DNA of 64,000 nucleotides from Dimorphilus gyrociliatus (Eukaryota; Animalia; Annelida): NCBI GenBank assembly GCA_904063045.1, contig CAJFCJ010000113.1, positions 17,444 to 81,443 of the forward strand, read 5' to 3'. Shown piece by piece: positions 49,067 to 61,639 of this stretch (position 1 is its first letter; each line of letters starts with the position of its first letter). The notes under the pieces were generated by a model. It saw only the letters and a program-made list of their open reading frames with translations, ran no database searches and was not told where the DNA came from. The position numbers and the translations under genes were made by a program.

Positions 49067-49289
49067 GCTCTCCTTTAAGAATTTGGATAATAATTCCTTG
49101 TATTGAATAGATGAGCAATTCTTAATAAATTGTACAAGTATAATTATGTAGATGAAACATGCAAGATATTTTGTTTAATTGTTCTCTATCATTGATCGCT
49201 ACCAAGGCTTTTATCAGTGATAATAGATAGAATATTTTAGCCTATAGCTGATAGAATTGATATTACTTTGAATTCAAATAGTTTATATT

Positions 49290-50224
49290 TGTACACATAC
49301 ATTCGTCAGCTATATTCTACAATAGAGAAGTAGTATTGAACCAGTATTGTACTATGCAGATAGCACTGATAAAGATAAGCAGTAGTGACCTAGTTTCGCA
49401 TAGGGCAGTGCATACACATTATGCAGCAATAAAACCTATTGAATTATATAAAGAATATTTGCTATTTGCAACCTAGCATTAATATTACAATTTATTAATC
49501 CATACATTTATGATTTCCAACTAAAACTAGTTCAATTAATTATCAATTATGCTTAAATTCTAAGTTTAGATTATATTCACTATTCAACAGTATTGTATAC
49601 ACAATACTGTTCTTTTTAACATGCATTAATCAGATATACTTCCTCCTTATATGCTGATGCTAAATTTACTAACTCAATCAATTCAATATCATTATTAAGG
49701 TAGAATATAAAAACGGTCAAATATACAATCTACATGTTTTCTTGATTGTTGGACTTGTCCTACTAAAATTGTTACATCTTATGCAACTCTCCAACCTGAG
49801 AAATTCAACTATTATTTAGAAGAGGAAAACAATAAAAACATGACCATATTTAGAACTTTTCTTTGTCTTCAAATGTTACTTTTGTTTTTGTGAACATTGA
49901 AATTTGTGAACTATCAACCCTTAAAAGAGTATATAAACCCTACAAAATTAACAGTTGATAGTTCAGTTTTCTAACCATCAGCTAGTTGTTTAAACTAGCT
50001 TGTTTAGAACTAGAAGCTCATTTTACTCAATACATATTCTTTGGACGAAATACTGGTGTTTTGTTAACTAATTTCTACCGAAATTGCCTTTGTTAGACTA
50101 TTTGTGGACGAACTTTAAAGGTTCTATTTGTTTGAGTACTTTGGCAAGTTGGTAAATGATTGGAAAGGACAATTACAGTTGTGACGAACCAGAAATTCCT
50201 ACAATTACAATACAACAAAGTACA
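49290..50224 (+). repeat. 5' LTR, family B
   Basis: TGTAC...GTACA, followed after 4 nt by the PBS. Near-identical to 35085-36019. Confidence 0.93.
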
Positions 50225-50227
50225 AAT

Positions 50228-53200
50228 ATGGCGCAGTCGACAGCCCACAATGCTACTTCAATGAATGTTATTTTGGTTTATGAGAATGACAAAGCCAGAG
50301 CCAAGGAAGTAGATGAGTATCTTTCAAAAATTAATGAATTAATGTTGAGAATTGAAAGTAGTGAAGCCAAAGTTGATGGTAATAGCTTTTTAAAGTACCA
50401 TTTGATGACTGGGGCAGCTACAATTCCTGAAGGTATGGCAAACCCTGATCCTACTCAACCAAAATTCAGTTATGATGGCATTCAAGATAATGCTTTGGAG
50501 AAGACAATTGCAAGTCTTCTAATTGATGCTAATGAGAAACCTAATACTACTTTGCTGAGACCCTATTCTGGTAGCAAAGATACTTGGGCCTTTAAGAGGA
50601 ACTTTCAAACAGCTTGTGAATTAAACCTTTGGGATGCAGAGGAGAAAAGAATTCAAATGCTGAGAAAATACACTACTGGAAGAGCCAGAGATGTTATTGA
50701 AAGTTTACCCTCCATGGCAAATGAAAATGAAATTTGGGATGCATTGGATGAAGAATTTAATCCAGATCCTATGGCTTACAAAAAAGAAATTGATAGATTG
50801 AGACAGTTCAATGATGAAACTGTCCAAAGTTTTGTTAGAAGAAGTAAAGAACTTGTGGAAAAATTCCTACCATTCAATACTACTGAAATGGCTTGTGTTA
50901 CTGAAAGAGTTAGAGAACTTCAACTGTTAACTGTATTCAGGAATGGTCTTAAAGGAAAAATTGTTAATCTTGTGGAAAAAGATGGAAAGATTAATTCAGT
51001 TAATCAGTATATTAAATTGGCAAAAAGAGCAGAAATATTTTTTGATAATGCAAGAAAAGAAAGCAAAAATGAATTCAAACAGTACAAAAGGAGATTTGAC
51101 AACAATCAGAGTAACTCAAATCAAAATGAACATACATTTAAACCTTTTTCTCAAAATAGATTTCAACAACAAAGAAATGGAAATGCAGGAAATAATGAAA
51201 AAGGCAGCTTTAACAGACTAATACATGTTGGACCTGATGAACCTAATGAAACTGAAATTTCTAAAGGAAGAATGGCAATATTTAATCTCAAAGAAGAGAA
51301 AATCGCACATTTTAAGTGTACTTCTTTGGTAAAAGGCAGAAAAGATTTCCAATTTCAAATGAAAAATCATAATGGAAGAGAGGTTATTGCCTTATGTGAT
51401 TCAGGAGCACTTTTGTCATTTATTACAGAAAAAGAAATCAGGTTAATGGATTCTAAATTCATCAAGAAAGAAACTACTGGCTTACCAATCATCACTTCAG
51501 CAGAGGGAAATGCTTTAAAGACAAAAGGAAAAGCAAAACTGAATATTCAATTTAATGGAAGAATTATAGAACAAGAATTCTTTATTATGGAAAAACTAGA
51601 TATGGCTATAATACTTGGTTGTGATTTCTTAGAAAATGCTGGAGCTCTTATTGATTTTGCAACAAAACAAGTTTCTCTTCCATTCTTTATCAGAAAAGGA
51701 CAACCAGTTAGAAAGTTTTTGCAATATAACGAAAATTACCAAACAAAATTTGGAAAACAAGGCAGTGTAAAAAAAGTAACTGTTGGAATGATGGGACAGC
51801 ATTTTGAAGATTCTGACACTCCATCTGAAGTTTTTGATACTCCATCTGAAGTTTCAGATAGTGTGGACTCAGAAATGGAAGTTACTGATCCAGATACTGG
51901 CTATGATACAAGCAACACTCATGGTTCAAGCATAGTTTATGAGGGATTCAATGGTTTTGATTCAAATAGCAATTATGGAACAGATGAAAGTTCCAGTTCT
52001 TCTGAAAATTATCATACAGAAACAAGTATTGAATCAGATCACAGCCCAGACTCAGATTTGGATATAATCAATGGTACAAGCTCATCTGAAGATGAAATTA
52101 GTGATTCAACTGATTCTGATAATGGTTCAATGATTGTTATAGACTCATCTGAGGAAGAGCTTGATAACATAACTGAGCCTGATAATGATTCAATGATTGT
52201 TATAGACTCATCTGAAGAAGAGACCAGTAACACAGTTGAGTCTGACAATGATTCCATAATGGTTATAGACTCATCTGATGAAGAGACTGGAAACATACCT
52301 AAGTCTGACAATAACTCAGTTATTCTCATAAATTCCTCTGAAGAAGAAACTGAAGACTTGGCTATGGAAATGGAAATGAAACCACAATACATAGAATTAG
52401 AAGATGGAATAACTATCAAAGTGCAAAAAGAACAAAAGAAAAATCCAGTAACTCCTGAAATAGAAGAATTACAGTTGGAAAGTATTGAATTTGAACATTT
52501 GTCTAATCAAAATGTACACAATATTAATTCAAATACACTAGAAATTGACAATTATTTACATGTGTCCAAAAATAATCTTGACAAGAACAGAGAAGAATTA
52601 AAAGAAATGATAAAGAATTATGAAGACATCATTGCTACAAATCAGAATGACATTGGTTCACCAGATGTTCCACCAATGGCAATTGAATTATTGGAAGATA
52701 TAGAGCCTTTCAAACAAAGACCATACAGATTGCCACCCAACAAACAGCAGGAATGCAGGGATCAATTAAATGGATTATTGGAAAATGGTCTAATTAGAGC
52801 AAGCAAAAGCCAATGGGCTTCACCCATTGTTTTTGTGAAAAAGAAAGAAGGAACATTAAGAATGTGTGTGGATTACAGAAAACTTAACAAGCAATCAAAA
52901 AAGAATTTTTATCCAATCCCACATCAGGAAGATTTATTTGATAAGCTTAGAGGAGGCCACAAATATTTTTCCATATTGGATTTAACAAGTGCATTTCATC
53001 ATATTCCAATCAAAGAAGACGATAAGGAGAAAACTGCTTTTATTACGCCATTTGGTTTATTTGAATTCAACCACATGCCATTTGGTTTGGCAAATGCACC
53101 TTCACACTTCAGCTATATCATGGCAAATTTTGTTATTAATGGATTGGAAAACTTCTGCATTAATTATATGGATGATATTATAGTTTTTACCAAAACATTG

Positions 53201-53435
53201 GAAGAACACTTTGTAGCTCTACAGAAACTTATGGAAAGAATCAAGGAAAAAGACTTTAGAATTAAACTGAGCAAATGTGCATTCTTACAAGAATCAGTTC
53301 AATTCCTTGGTCATAGAATTACACAGAATGGTATTGAAACTGATCCTGAAAAGATTCAGAAAATAAAAGATGCTAAATTACCTATGTTTGCAAATACTCT
53401 GTTGAGTTTTGTGGCATTTTGTGGTTATTATAGAA
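50228..53435 (+). CDS. Gag-protease-acidic insert-RT polyprotein (single frame, truncated)
   Basis: Gag-like capsid segment, protease LCDSGA, a ~200-aa Ser/Asp/Glu-rich insert and RT YMDD. The last ~40 aa of the listed ORF come from the MULE end. Confidence 0.93.
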
Positions 53436-56400
53436 GGGGTTGGGAAAAAACGTCCTTGGGAAAAAACGTCCTATGCCTGGCTAAAGATATACTTGGCATA
53501 ATTATTTATACTTATAATCAGAAATGTTTTTCTCTTTGCTGTTTATTTCATTTATAGAATAAAATATTAATATTTTTGAAGAAAGGGATATGTATTGTGA
53601 TGTTTTTACCAGTTTTCTCTGAATTATGTAATGCTATTAAAAGAGAAATGAGTTATTTCCTTGTCTTGTCTGTAAGTGAAAGATAAATTTTGCATTTCTT
53701 GGCATATTTTCAGGCTAATTTGTTTTTTAAGCATTGAAACTCTGGTATTGATTTAGTTTATTGAATATTACAAGATTATACATTTTTTAAGAACACTTCT
53801 TTCCAGTGAGTTATTATTTATAATTTTTGTATAGGCAGCCATATTTGATAGTTGAAAGTGAATTTATTTTTGCAGAAACTTAGTAATGGCACCTGTTTGT
53901 ATTAATTGTAATAAAAGATTTTATGGCAGACAGAGAAAGATGAAATGCAATGACTGCCAAGATTATGTCCATGCCAAATGCATCAAAGGTCTGTCTCTTT
54001 ATATGTTTTTATTAAATTATTCACTTTTTTCATTTTCAATTTAGAATCTGAAAGAGTATTTTGCAATAATTGTGCAGAAAAGTTCAGGATTCAAGAAACT
54101 ACATGTTCACTTTGTCATCATATCTGTAAAGGTGATATTTACTATGTAAAACATACATTTATTTAACTTTGCTTAATATTACAGAAATGAAAGATGATAA
54201 GTGTTCTTCATGCAAAAGTTTGAGTGAAAGATATTGTCTCATTAGTTTATCAGATGTGATCAATGATGATCCTATTGTAAAAGCTGCTCTGAGTTGTACT
54301 CATAATAATATGGTTAAAGACAATTGTAGTCTTAAAGAAGTTAGCAATACTTCTAATATGGAGGAAAATTTATTGCATGAAAATGAAACTGAAAATAATG
54401 AGAATACGGAAAGCTCAGACAAATTTCATATTATTATTGGTGGAAGTCAAAAAGGGAAAGATATTTTGACCAACAATGGCTATGCTTTTAATATAAAATC
54501 TAGAAGTGACAAGAGAACCATCTAGAGATGTTCTGTTAGAAATAAGAATATTCAATGTCCAGTTATTATTCAACAAAAAGGAAATATTTTCATAAAGAGT
54601 AAACATGAACGCAATCATAACAAAAGGAAAAGCCTTATTGTGAATATTTCTGCTAGAAAAGAATTGAGAGCAATCTGTAATGCAGACATCGGGTACAGGA
54701 GAAAACGTCCACTGGAGAAAACGTCCACTGGAGAAAACGTCCACTGTTTGGAGAAAACGTCCACTGCTTGGAGAAAACGTCCACTGGAGAAAACGTCCAC
54801 TATAAAACTTCAAAGTAAGATATAAGATATTTGATAGATGGAGTTTTTAGAGCAATTTGACAGGAAAAAATGAATAATAAGAATTACAAATATTTAAATA
54901 TTAATATATTGATTAAGTAAAAACAAGCATTATAACAAGAATGATTGACAACAGTGTAACAACATTAAAGAATAAAGGTATTTTAAACTGGTGAATAAAT
55001 GTCAGAAGGTTTATCAAGTAAGTCCAGGGAGGTAATTGAGGCAATTTCAAATTGTTCCCATAAGCTGAATATTTTGCTCTGAATATTCTGATATGCTTTT
55101 CTTTGCTGTCTACAAATTTTCTTTTCACTCAGTAATTTTTTATATAGCTTTATCAGATCAGCTTCTCTTTTCAGTTCATCTAAAAGCAAATAGAATGCAG
55201 TGTTAGAGCAAAGATTCTTGTTAAGCCTGTGATGCCATCCTTCAAGATCATTTTTTGTCCTTATAGCCTCACCATAAACAGACCATACCTCTGGTTTATA
55301 AAATCCATTTATCCATTGTGTCTCAATGTACTCCAATAGAGACTTCATTTCAATAGGACTTATTTCTTTAATAGTCTTAAATGTTGGTTCTATCAGATCA
55401 GAGGGCAGGAATGGTAATGCCATTAATTTCTTCATGATTCTATATTCAGCTTTTTTCTCCTTGTACATCTTACATAATCCTAATTCCTGGAAATAAATAT
55501 GTCAGTTCAAATCTAGACCTCAAATACTAAATTAAAGTATTACTTGAATCTTTCTGTATATTGCCTGTGTCCAGTGAAAAACACACCCTTTAATGTTTGC
55601 TTCAGGATAAGTGAATGATAGTGCTTTCCAAATAGCTTTTTCAAAGTCTACAACAACTTTTTTGGGGCTATGCCCATTTGTTAAATCTTGTATTGCCTGT
55701 TAATTTAACAAATTAGATTATTCAATTTAAAATGCAAAATTATTGTACCTTAAATAATTTCTTGTAGGCTGTCTTTATAAAAAATATAAAAACATATTTG
55801 TAAGGAAGGATAGTGACAAAAAACTTAAACAAACCTTTATAATCCAAACATTTTTTATGTATTTTAAATAAATGACAGCAAAGCTGACATTTCTCTTGAT
55901 TTTGTCTTCCATATATTCTCTCTTCACAAATGTAACAAATTGGTGCCATGTTCAATTTGGAATCTCTATCAATAACCAACTGTATAAATTTAAAAATTAA
56001 ACAATTAACAATAATGATAAACAAAATGGCTGCTATAAAAATAAAGCTAATTTATAAATAAATCATTTCAACACAATATTCTATAACTTACTGATATCAA
56101 TTCTAAAGTTTGTGTTTTGTCTGATGGTTTTCAATAGTGAAATATATTTCAAACTGCAAAAAATTCTGAAAAATTGTAGATGAAATATGCACAATATTCA
56201 CTTTCCATGAAAAACATAGAAGATCCCAGAACTGTTTCCTGTCTGGATTTCAAAATGGCTACCAAAAGTGATTGCATTATGGGAATGTATTGGATATATC
56301 TCAAAATCAATAATAAAAATTTAAATTTGAAAAAGTATTTTTTAATATATTCTTCACATAGTGGACGTTTTCTCCAGTGGACGTTTTCTCCGACCAGTGG

Positions 56401-57474
56401 ACGTTTTCTCCAATCAGTGGACGTTTTCTCCAGTGGACGTTTTCTCCAGTGGACGTTTTCTCCATAATTCGCAGACATCAAGTCATCTGGAAGAGCAATT
56501 GCTGAAGATCTATTAATTAATTTAAATAAAAGTGAAAATAACCTACCAAAACTGGAAAATCTGAGGAGATTAGCCAATATCAATAGGCAAAAATCAAGGC
56601 CTAAAGAACCAAACGAAATTGATTTTGAACTTAATACAACATTTATACCAGATGATTTTCTTCAAAGTGATATTGTTGTAAGAAATCAAAGAGTTTTACT
56701 ATTTGCTTCTAAGCACCAGCTGTCTTTATTATGTAAAAGTAAAGTATGGTATTTAGATGGCACTTTCAAGGCTGTGAAGGATCCATTTGTACAACTTTTT
56801 TCTGTTCATTCTTTTATTAAAAATGATGGAGAAGCAAAACAAATTCCATTAGCATTTGCTTTTTTAACATCAAAGAAAAAAAAGTGTACAAAATGATTCT
56901 TAAAGTAAGTATGATTTGGTTGCTTAATTCTGTTTCATTAACTTCATCTTATCAAAAGGAGATTCAAAAATTGACAAATGGTTTTCAACCTGACAAATTT
57001 GTAGTTGATTTTGAATTAGGTATATGGAGTGCTCTTAACTCAGAAGTATCAGAAGAAAAGTGTCATCCAGAAGCAGAAGCAAGTATTTGCTGTTTGGGAT
57101 GAATACAAATTGGGAATGATTACATCTGCTGTCCTCTTGCAGAAGATTGCATTAATCTATTCAAAATAATTCTCAGTGTGTTAACATACTTTATACTTTA
57201 TTCTAGTAACTTTTAAACTTTGTATAACATTCTTAGCTTTTTTCATTTTTAATACATTTTAATAAACATATATTCATTATTAATTATTATATTCTCAGTA
57301 TATTGCCATTGGTTCCCAAAATAGAGCAATCTTTTTTAAAATTCAAATATCTTTTCCCACTACTTGTTTTTCCCAACCTTGGGACATTTTTTCCTAACCT
57401 TGGGATGTTTTTTCCCACACTGGGACGTTTTTTCCCAGGGACGTTTTTTCCCAAGGACGTTTTTTCCCATACTC
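53436..57474 (+). mobile_element. Mutator/Phantom-type DNA transposon, defective (PHD-like finger, FLYWCH, MULE domain)
   Basis: TIRs built from GGGAAAAAACGTCC repeats; spliced Cys/His finger exons at 53888-54230; FLYWCH with TGG-to-TAG change near 54520; WYLDGTFK and VVDFE motifs; C-terminal deletion. No TSD. Confidence 0.88.
54691..56470 (-). mobile_element. Non-autonomous MULE/Phantom element nested in the transposase above, 9-bp TSD
   Basis: GCAGACATC at 54682-54690 and 56471-56479; inverted arrays of GGAGAAAACGTCCACT; internal PHD-like exon plus the transposase C-half (DFEKA, GCVFHW, LEGWHHRLN). Confidence 0.95.
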
Positions 57475-57604
57475 ACTTGGATGGATTTATAGTTAGAGGG
57501 TTGCAATTTAAGATTAGGCAATATAAATCACACAGATATTACACTTAACTTCAGAAATATTAGGGTATGCTTGAACACTCTGTGGGTACATTTGCACCCC
57601 CACC

Positions 57605-59875
57605 CTATATGGGTATATATATAGAAACAAAGCAAAGTACATCTACCATCATTATTACTACATTCAATATCAAATGGATGTAGGATACTTTCATAGAAAA
57701 TTCTTTTACTGAAAATATTTGAATTATATTTAGTTTCAAATTAATCAATTTTATGAAACCTTGACTCTTGATTATTATTAATTGAGATTGTACATTCTGG
57801 CAGTTTATATCGATTGTGAACAATTCAAATAAAATATATTTTCACTATTTGTAATAATATCAGCATTTGTTTTTGCATTCTGAAATGTTCCAGTTGTAAA
57901 TCCAAAATATTTACAGACAGATAAAATTTCATAAATTTCCATTCCTTTTACTGTAGATAAATACCAAGCACCATGAACATATAAAATAAGCTGACCCCTG
58001 TAACTGTCTAGACTGTTTCCATTATTACTGCCATTTGACAACAAATAGTTGTGAGCATCATTGAAAAGTATAAAATCTTTATCTATTTAATGAGAAAGAA
58101 ATATACAAATTAGAAAATTTTAGAAATTGTAAAGAAATTCAAGCAAAATCAGAACTTTTTATTTGAGTTTTATCAGTGCAAAATACTGCTATTGTATTCA
58201 TAATGGAAGGATCTCCATTGTGTAGTTGGCACTCATTGTAAAATAAATTTTTGTCATTAAGACATGAAGTAAACATTGGTGGTGATTCAGTATCTAAATG
58301 ATAGTTCATTGAAGGACAATTCCTCATCTGCAATATTTAGAAAAAGCTTATTATTTATAAGCTCTTAATTGGTTATTTTAAATATCTTGTCTATATGCAG
58401 ATGTGATTACTAAATTGTATATACTCTAATTAAATAGGGTTTTGGAGAAATTTTTGCAATTCTTTTATATTATCTCTAATTTTTTAACCCAAAAATTTTT
58501 AAAAAGTAAGGAATATATCAATTTTTTTTCATAAGATAAGGATCTTTTACAATAAACAGGGTCAAGGATTATTATATTATGCAATAATGATGTAAACAAC
58601 AACATATTTGTGTTCCTAGGCCTTTAACATTAATTCTTACTTCATATTTTTGTAAATAAACATTGTTGCTGTTGTGAACACCTAGGGTTATCTACTAAAT
58701 ATTGTTCATAAGTGTACAGTGAGGAAATTTTTTTGAATATGGTAAAAACATTTTATAATCCTCGATGACTTTGTTTCAGTTGAGGGTTAGGCAATATAAG
58801 TACATATACAGATAGATGGGTAGATTAATTAGCACCCTTTATCAAATATGAGACAATTTTTCATAGACATTACTGCATTTTACATGTTGGGCTATCATTA
58901 GTGTTAACACTCAAATTATTCATTTGGGCTAGTTCAGAGTTAGGGTTAAGATTAGAAGCATTAATATTCACAAATATCAAAATATGGACAAAATTTCCAA
59001 GGATAAGATCTCTTGTAACTGTTTTTTTGTCTTAGATTTTTAGTATTTTATAATGTATACTGGGTGGAGAACTTTTATCACAGGTCTGGGCGACCTCTGC
59101 CACAGTTCTGGGCAACTATTATCACAAGTCTGGGTGACTTCTGTCATTTTCGTGTTTTACAAATAATTTTCCATACAGAAACTTGTTATAGCTTTTTTTT
59201 TATCATATTCATGGGTTCATTTTTGAATGAATCATCTACTTTTGTTTTAAAATTTTCCTCAACTTCAGAAAAAATTTATTAATGAATTTAAATTTATACT
59301 ATTTGCCCAAAGGGTATTGAAACCAATGGTCAACTTGGGAGATATATTTGTTTATTTAAATGGCAAATAAAAGTAGAAGTTTTGCCATTTTCCATAACAT
59401 CGGATACAATTGGAAGATGACCAAATGTTTTGGATTTGGCAACATATGAATGTCTCTCTTTAGAAGTTACACCAAATAAAAATTTCTTGTAAAATGCTGT
59501 CATTTTATGAATTGAAAAATCTACATAAGGAAATAAGTACAAAAAATTGTATTAAGAGAGTATTAGAAAGAGAGAGAGAAATAATTTTTTACCTTCCAAT
59601 TCCCATTTTGAGCAAAAGACAAATGAAAAATTAGAATTGGTAGTATTTAAAAAAACTTTTAATCCATTTATGTTCATTCTTAATTTTCCAACCTTTATTA
59701 ATTTTGTCTTATTTAAATAGAATTCAGTTTTATTGCATAAATTCAAACTTAGATTTTGATTTTGTTGTTTTATTAATGCATATGTTTCTCTTTTATATCT
59801 TTTATACAATTGATAATGATTTGTTATAACATTGAAAATTGCAAATAGGTCTGAATGGGAAAATAAATTCATCAA
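57605..59875 (-). CDS. Multi-exon ectodomain gene or remnant with lectin-like and SRCR-like segments
   Basis: GQLILYVHGAWY...SVCKYFGF resembles SRCR; SKTFGHLP...FICH motif shared with 12600 and 42300. Structure unresolved. Confidence 0.4.
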
Positions 59876-61121
59876 TTATCAACATTCTACCATTCTAATA
59901 AAGATAATTATTTTTTTGTCCAGTTCAACTAGGATTTTTCAACAATTCTCTACAAATCTAACCCTTACTTTTTTCAGACAAGTGATGTAATATTTTTAAA
60001 GTCAGTCTTTCTTTGATCAAACTTTAACAAACCTCTCTCTCTCAACCTTTTAATAATGTTAATTTACTATTGATAGTTTCCTCTTATTCATAAATTTTAT
60101 TTTTGAATCAATCCAATAAAAGGAAAGTCTTTGTTGTGAGTCATTAAAAACTCATTTTTTATGATTGTTCTTTGGAAAACTACTTCCTTTTTTCAATATG
60201 TCATCTGCTTGTTTCAGCAGTTGTTGAATAGCAACTTTCTTAAAGATTTCTTTAAACAACACACTCTCTTGCTAACAAACACATTTCTAAATTTAATTTT
60301 AAAAACTCAATTCTTGCTTTGTTCAACAAATAAAATAATTCTTGTTTTGCTCAGATCTATTTTAGAATTACAAGCATGTATTGTATGTTCATTTACGTTT
60401 TGTTCTCACAAAGTAAAGATTATAAAGGCTACTTATTATCCTACTAAATATGTCCCTCTTCTTACAAAATCCTCCAATCCCCACATTCTTACAATAAGGT
60501 AAAGAGCGAGAAAAATTTGTATATATAGTACTTTTTCACCTAAATAATTTTCATAGAAGAGCTGGAAAACATAGACTTTAGTTTACTGACATGGTGTTGA
60601 AGTTTTATAACACTTTAAACAAAAGGATCCCAAATTATGAAAGTTTTTGGTTGATGATATATGTTTTCTATGAAGGAATTTTTTCAAAAAAAAACATTTT
60701 CAATATATCAAAAAAATAAAAAGATTAGTTTGTTCATTATCATTAGTAAGTGGACAACTGCATTAGGATATCAAGTTCCTCTTAATAGAGTTTTTGTATT
60801 ATATACATATACATTTTATCAAAATATTTCATTGTTGATGTACACATTTAGGCAGTTTCCATGCACCATACACAAATACTTTCCAAGGAGTACACACACT
60901 TCATAGTGTGCACCCAAAATTGTTACATTCCATTCATCAATGGAAAAGCAGTATTGGAATTGTATTATAAAGTACTCTAAACGCCTAACTTGCAACATAC
61001 ACAATTATTTATACTAATTTACAATTAATTTGATTACTAAGCCTAATTAACTTATATGCACACTTGTAGGTTGTAATCGTGCACTGTACACATATGCTTA
61101 CCAACGAGTTCTAGTTTATGT

Positions 61122-61630
61122 TGTACAACTTACGAATATATTTTTATTATGTTTGAAACTATTATAATAGGCCTAATACTTATGCCACACCCAAACAACT
61201 TAAGAAAAACACATTAACCTTTCAACAAGTTATAATTTAATTAACTTTCATAAAAGACAACAATTATGTTTAGTGGACTTTGTGACATCCTGTTACTAAA
61301 GATAAACATAAACTAGAACATTCTCCAACTGCAAACTGATGATTAGATATCAGTGACAAACCAAAGAATATATAAACTCTCATAGTTTTATTTGAAGCAG
61401 AGCCTCTCTCTCTCATCTCTATCTCTACATCCCAATTGGAGAAGATAATCTGGAAACAAGCTGAAGTCTGAGACTCCTACTCTCTTTGGTTGAAAGCTAC
61501 TGGGTATCTTGGCTGGTGCTACAAACTATCTACCTTGCTATTGAACTTTGATATATCTACTTGCTTAAGTATCGTATTTTGAATAAATCATTTAAACTTA
61601 AACATTTTTGTGTAATTATTTTCTAAGCTT
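61122..61630 (+). repeat. LTR related to family A (3' end unclear)
   Basis: Starts tgtacaact and is colinear with the family-A LTR sense strand (caagttataatttaattaac, catcctgttactaaagataaa, acaaactatctac...cttgcttaagtat). Confidence 0.85.
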
Positions 61631-61639
61631 CTTATGATA

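Larger units (their letters stand above)
49290..53435 (+). mobile_element. Ty3/Gypsy element family B, 5' half (LTR, PBS, gag-pro-RT), truncated by a MULE
   Basis: 935-bp LTR, PBS TGGCGCAGTCGACAG at 50229-50243, and a continuous ORF ending at FCGYYRR where the MULE TIR begins. Confidence 0.95.

Noticed and set aside
54698-54805. GGAGAAAACGTCCACT arrays (also 10826, 42926, 56361, 57400) as CRISPR-like repeats
   Set aside because: No unique spacers, eukaryotic context, and they form inverted terminal arrays of MULE elements with 9-bp TSDs.
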